The position numbers and the translations under genes were made by a program. A stretch of 10,139 bases of DNA from Gemmatimonadota bacterium (GTDB taxonomy: Bacteria > Latescibacterota > UBA2968 > UBA8231). The DNA is taken from NCBI GenBank assembly GCA_038153405.1, contig JAYOYH010000092.1:1-10139 (forward strand), in the 5' to 3' direction. This document shows, one piece after another, positions 7,530 through 10,139 of the stretch (within the stretch, counting starts at the first letter, position 1; each line of letters begins with the position of its first letter). The notes under the pieces are model-generated. The model worked only from the letters and a program-made list of their open reading frames with translations. It was not told where the DNA came from and ran no database searches.

Positions 7530-9949
7530 GGCTGCCATTCTCCCAACACCTCCTGCACTCGGCGCACGGCCTCGTTGAGCTGGCGCTGGGCCACTTGGTA
7601 GGGGTACTTCGTCTCATAGAACAGCTGGGCCACTTCGCGGTCGATCAGGTGGTAGCGGTTGCGCATATCCTCGCGCGTGGGAAAGAGAATTTGCACGCCG
7701 GGGCGAAAGGCCTGTAGCGTGTGTGCCAAGTTTTTGTTCAGCGCAAGCACGCGCTTGAGAATGAGCACCTTGCGCAGGCGCTCGACGTCTTCCTCGTCGG
7801 ACAAAACCACAGCCCACTGCGCCGGCTGTGCGCGGTCGTCGTAGACGTTGAGATCCCAGAGCAATTCGTCCTTGGTGCCCTCTATAACCGCCTCCTCAAC
7901 AGAGGCCAGGGGCAGGCTAAACGCCTGACCCTGCTTGGGCTGCGGATGCGCCTCGTACTTGAACACGACGGCGTTTTGAGTCGCCTCCATCGCTCTGGGC
8001 AGCAGGTCCTTCAGCGTCAGGTCGTCGCTGAAGCTTTCACCGCGCCGACCGTCTTCGGGAGGCGTAAAGAAGAATACTTGATCGAGACCGACTTCTTGGT
8101 GGAAATTTAGCTTGCCAACAATCTCGTACAGCATGCGTCGCATCAGCACTTCCTCGCCGGGAATGCGACCGGCCAGCACGTCCTCAAAGGGCTGCTGGCG
8201 CTTGAGCATGACGTTTTCTTGCGCCTGCATTCGCACCGTATGCACCAACTTTTCAAGCACCGGGCTCTCCGCGATAAACTTCAGGTCCCACACGTCGTCG
8301 TCGCGCACCCGATAGGCATTGCGGAAAAGCTTGGTGTCGAAGCGGTCAAAGAGGTTGGAGTCCTTGGGGATTAGATAGCTGAAGCTCATCTCCTCCAGCG
8401 GCACGATATGCGGCGTGATCACCACGATTACTTCGCGCTGTTCAGTCTCCACGCGCTCGCGCGAAAACAGCCGGCCCAGCAGGGGAACACTCGAGAAGAA
8501 AGGCATGCCGATCTTGGTCTGCTGCTGCTCGGTCGATAGCAAGCCGCCAATGATAAAGGGCGTGCCATCCGCCACGCGCACATAGGTCTCGACCAGCCGG
8601 TTGTCGACGATGGGCGAAAACTCAATGCCCTGCCCTGCGCCCGCTTCCAGCCGAGCTGCCGATTCGGTGGAGATCGAGCTGATAATCGTCTCGATCTGCA
8701 TGGTGACCTGGGTGTTTTCGCGATCGATGCGCGGGCGCAGATTGAGCACGATGCCAACGGGAAAATACTCAATGCCCTTGGCCACCGACGACGTGGTCGC
8801 CGTCGTTCTCACAATGGGAATCTGACGCCCAACCTGAATGCGCGCCTGGCGATCGTTCAGCACCAGCACCGAGGGGCTGGACAGCACTTCGGCGTCGCCG
8901 CGCTCGGCCAGCGCTTCAATCGAGGCGCGGAAGTTGAGAAAATCGCCAAAGCCGTCGCGCGAAAAAAGCAACGTGCTCAGCCGCTTGCCGGAAACTGCCG
9001 AGCGCTCGAAAGAGCCCTGGCCAGAGCCCTTGGACCCGCTCCACTCAAAGCCCAAATCCCTCAGCTTGCTGGTATTTACTTCGATGACCAGCGCTTCGAT
9101 GACGATCTGCTGCGCCGGCACGTCAACCTGCACTTGCAGCAGGTTGACCAACTCTTCCAGCGGCTCGGGATCGTGGCGATCGAATACTAGCAACAGGCGC
9201 TCTTCAGGCGCACCCGTAGTCGTATTGTGCAAGTGAGAACCACCCAGTTGCGGAGCGCCATCCGTGCTCTTGCGCGCAGAAGACGACTTGCTCTTGCCCA
9301 GCGGATCGTCTTCGAGCAAGCTGGTTTTTGAGGCATTGGCCACCTTGATTATCCAAGGCAGCTTGGCGCCTTTGTCTTGCACCAACTCAAAAATTTTTTC
9401 GTAGCGATCGGACTTGCTCGACTTCTCTTCGAATTCGATCGTGTGATAGCCAAGTGCCTTGAGCAGCGCCAGGGCGCGGTCCGCTTCGATGTGTCCGAGG
9501 CGAAACATCTCGTAGGCCAATTCGACCTGGTCACGGCGCGCGGCGCCCCCCTGCTTGAGCAGCGACTCGACGCGCCGGTGTACGTCGGACAAGTCGGGGT
9601 TGGCCATGCGCGTGCCGCTGCTGTCGCGGTGACCGCGCAGGGCAAATTCGTAATGGCCGCCGGCACTGCGGCTGATGGCCAACTCTATGGCGTATTGCTG
9701 GCTGCCGGCCTCGGCGCGCTCAGTGCGCACATACACGCGGTTTTCCACCACGCCCATGCGCCCGTCCAACGCACCGCGCTCGGCCGTGTAGGCATAGCCT
9801 AGCGGCATCAGCACGCGCAGGTCAGCCGCGTCCAGTAATTGCCTCGTCCGCCCCAGTGATGCATGGGGGGATACGGCAAAGAAGACGGCTTCCTGAGCAA
9901 AAGCCGCCGCGGAAAATACAATCAAAAAAAGAGTGGCAAGACGATTCAT
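7526..9949 (-). CDS. Outer-membrane secretin (GspD/PilQ superfamily) with atypical N-terminus and long C-terminal extension, 807 aa
   Basis: Sec signal peptide MNRLATLFLIVFSAAAFA/Q. Secretin core motifs include VDVPAQQIVIEALVIEV, LGFEW, AEVLSSPSVLVLNDRQARIQVGRQIP, VGIVLNLRPRI, VETYVRVADGTPFIIGGLL, PFFSSVPLLGRLF and REVIVVITPHIV. GAGGT lies 6 nt upstream of the ATG at 9949, which is preferred over the TTG at 9964. Confidence 0.92.
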   Translation of the reverse strand: MNRLATLFLIVFSAAAFAQEAVFFAVSPHASLGRTRQLLDAADLRVLMPLGYAYTAERGALDGRMGVVENRVYVRTERAEAGSQQYAIELAISRSAGGHYEFALRGHRDSSGTRMANPDLSDVHRRVESLLKQGGAARRDQVELAYEMFRLGHIEADRALALLKALGYHTIEFEEKSSKSDRYEKIFELVQDKGAKLPWIIKVANASKTSLLEDDPLGKSKSSSARKSTDGAPQLGGSHLHNTTTGAPEERLLLVFDRHDPEPLEELVNLLQVQVDVPAQQIVIEALVIEVNTSKLRDLGFEWSGSKGSGQGSFERSAVSGKRLSTLLFSRDGFGDFLNFRASIEALAERGDAEVLSSPSVLVLNDRQARIQVGRQIPIVRTTATTSSVAKGIEYFPVGIVLNLRPRIDRENTQVTMQIETIISSISTESAARLEAGAGQGIEFSPIVDNRLVETYVRVADGTPFIIGGLLSTEQQQTKIGMPFFSSVPLLGRLFSRERVETEQREVIVVITPHIVPLEEMSFSYLIPKDSNLFDRFDTKLFRNAYRVRDDDVWDLKFIAESPVLEKLVHTVRMQAQENVMLKRQQPFEDVLAGRIPGEEVLMRRMLYEIVGKLNFHQEVGLDQVFFFTPPEDGRRGESFSDDLTLKDLLPRAMEATQNAVVFKYEAHPQPKQGQAFSLPLASVEEAVIEGTKDELLWDLNVYDDRAQPAQWAVVLSDEEDVERLRKVLILKRVLALNKNLAHTLQAFRPGVQILFPTREDMRNRYHLIDREVAQLFYETKYPYQVAQRQLNEAVRRVQEVLGEWQP

Positions 9950-9976
9950 CAGCAAACCTCGCAAGATCTCTTCTCC

Positions 9977-10005
9977 ATGCTAATGGGACGTCCTTTAGAT
10001 GTCAA
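9977..10005 (-). promoter_or_regulatory. Sigma70-type promoter for the secretin-lipoprotein unit (TTGACA-N17-TAGCAT)
   Basis: -35 TTGACA at 10005-10000, a 17-nt spacer and -10 TAGCAT at 9982-9977. The inferred TSS is about 9970, roughly 20 nt before the ATG. Confidence 0.7.
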
Positions 10006-10088
10006 GTTTGACCGGGCTAAACGCGTTCGTGCGCTAAGCAACAACGCCGCACAGCACAGCGCTGCGGAAAATTGGCCCAGCTAAAATC

Positions 10089-10139
10089 CTAGTTTTCCTT
10101 CACTGCAGCCACCAGGTCGAGCACCGCTTCCTTGGCGCT
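10089..10139 (-). CDS. 3' end of a gene truncated by the window (..SAKEAVLDLVAAVKEN*); resembles the C-terminal helix of NAD(P) transhydrogenase beta subunit
   Basis: The frame is open from the window edge to the TAG at 10091-10089, with GC3-rich codons. It resembles the PntB ending (LFGDAK..V..LV..L), but only 16 residues are visible. Confidence 0.4.
   Translation of the reverse strand, partial: SAKEAVLDLVAAVKEN

Noticed and set aside
7108..9802. + strand and alternative-frame ORFs over the lipoprotein and secretin genes
   Set aside because: They overlap genes that have clear signal peptides and family motifs, and have no independent support.
10030..10067. Terminator for the upstream truncated gene (CCGCA..TGCGG hairpin)
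   Set aside because: The stem is imperfect and followed by CGUUGUUGCUU rather than a true U-tract, which is too weak to call.
1..10139. CRISPR arrays, tRNA/rRNA, SRP/6S RNA, IS elements or prophage genes
   Set aside because: No regularly spaced repeats, tRNA/SRP signature motifs, transposase or integrase ORFs were seen. The secretin has no neighbouring Zot/pI or coat genes that would indicate a filamentous phage.

Overview
This is a GC-rich (about 60%) window from a diderm bacterium. From left to right it holds the minus-strand glutamate synthase operon gltB-gltD, an AT-rich divergent promoter region, a plus-strand Lrp/AsnC-like regulator, and a convergent minus-strand two-gene unit. That unit encodes an atypical secretin and a translationally coupled lipoprotein, and has its own TTGACA-N17-TAGCAT promoter. 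The 3' tip of another minus-strand gene is at the right edge. Three things stand out. (1) The secretin is an orphan in this window, with no T2SS/T4P/Tad genes, an apparent single N-domain and a ~290-aa C-terminal extension. It is paired with a candidate new pilotin next to nitrogen-assimilation genes. (2) gltB has a ~215-nt structured 5' leader with a long-range 8-bp stem, a duplicated hairpin module and an overlapping antisense terminator, making it a candidate undescribed cis-regulatory RNA. (3) Paired 13-bp Lrp-type boxes are placed so that they could activate gltBD and autorepress the regulator. All functional links are inferences from sequence alone; no searches or folding programs were run.
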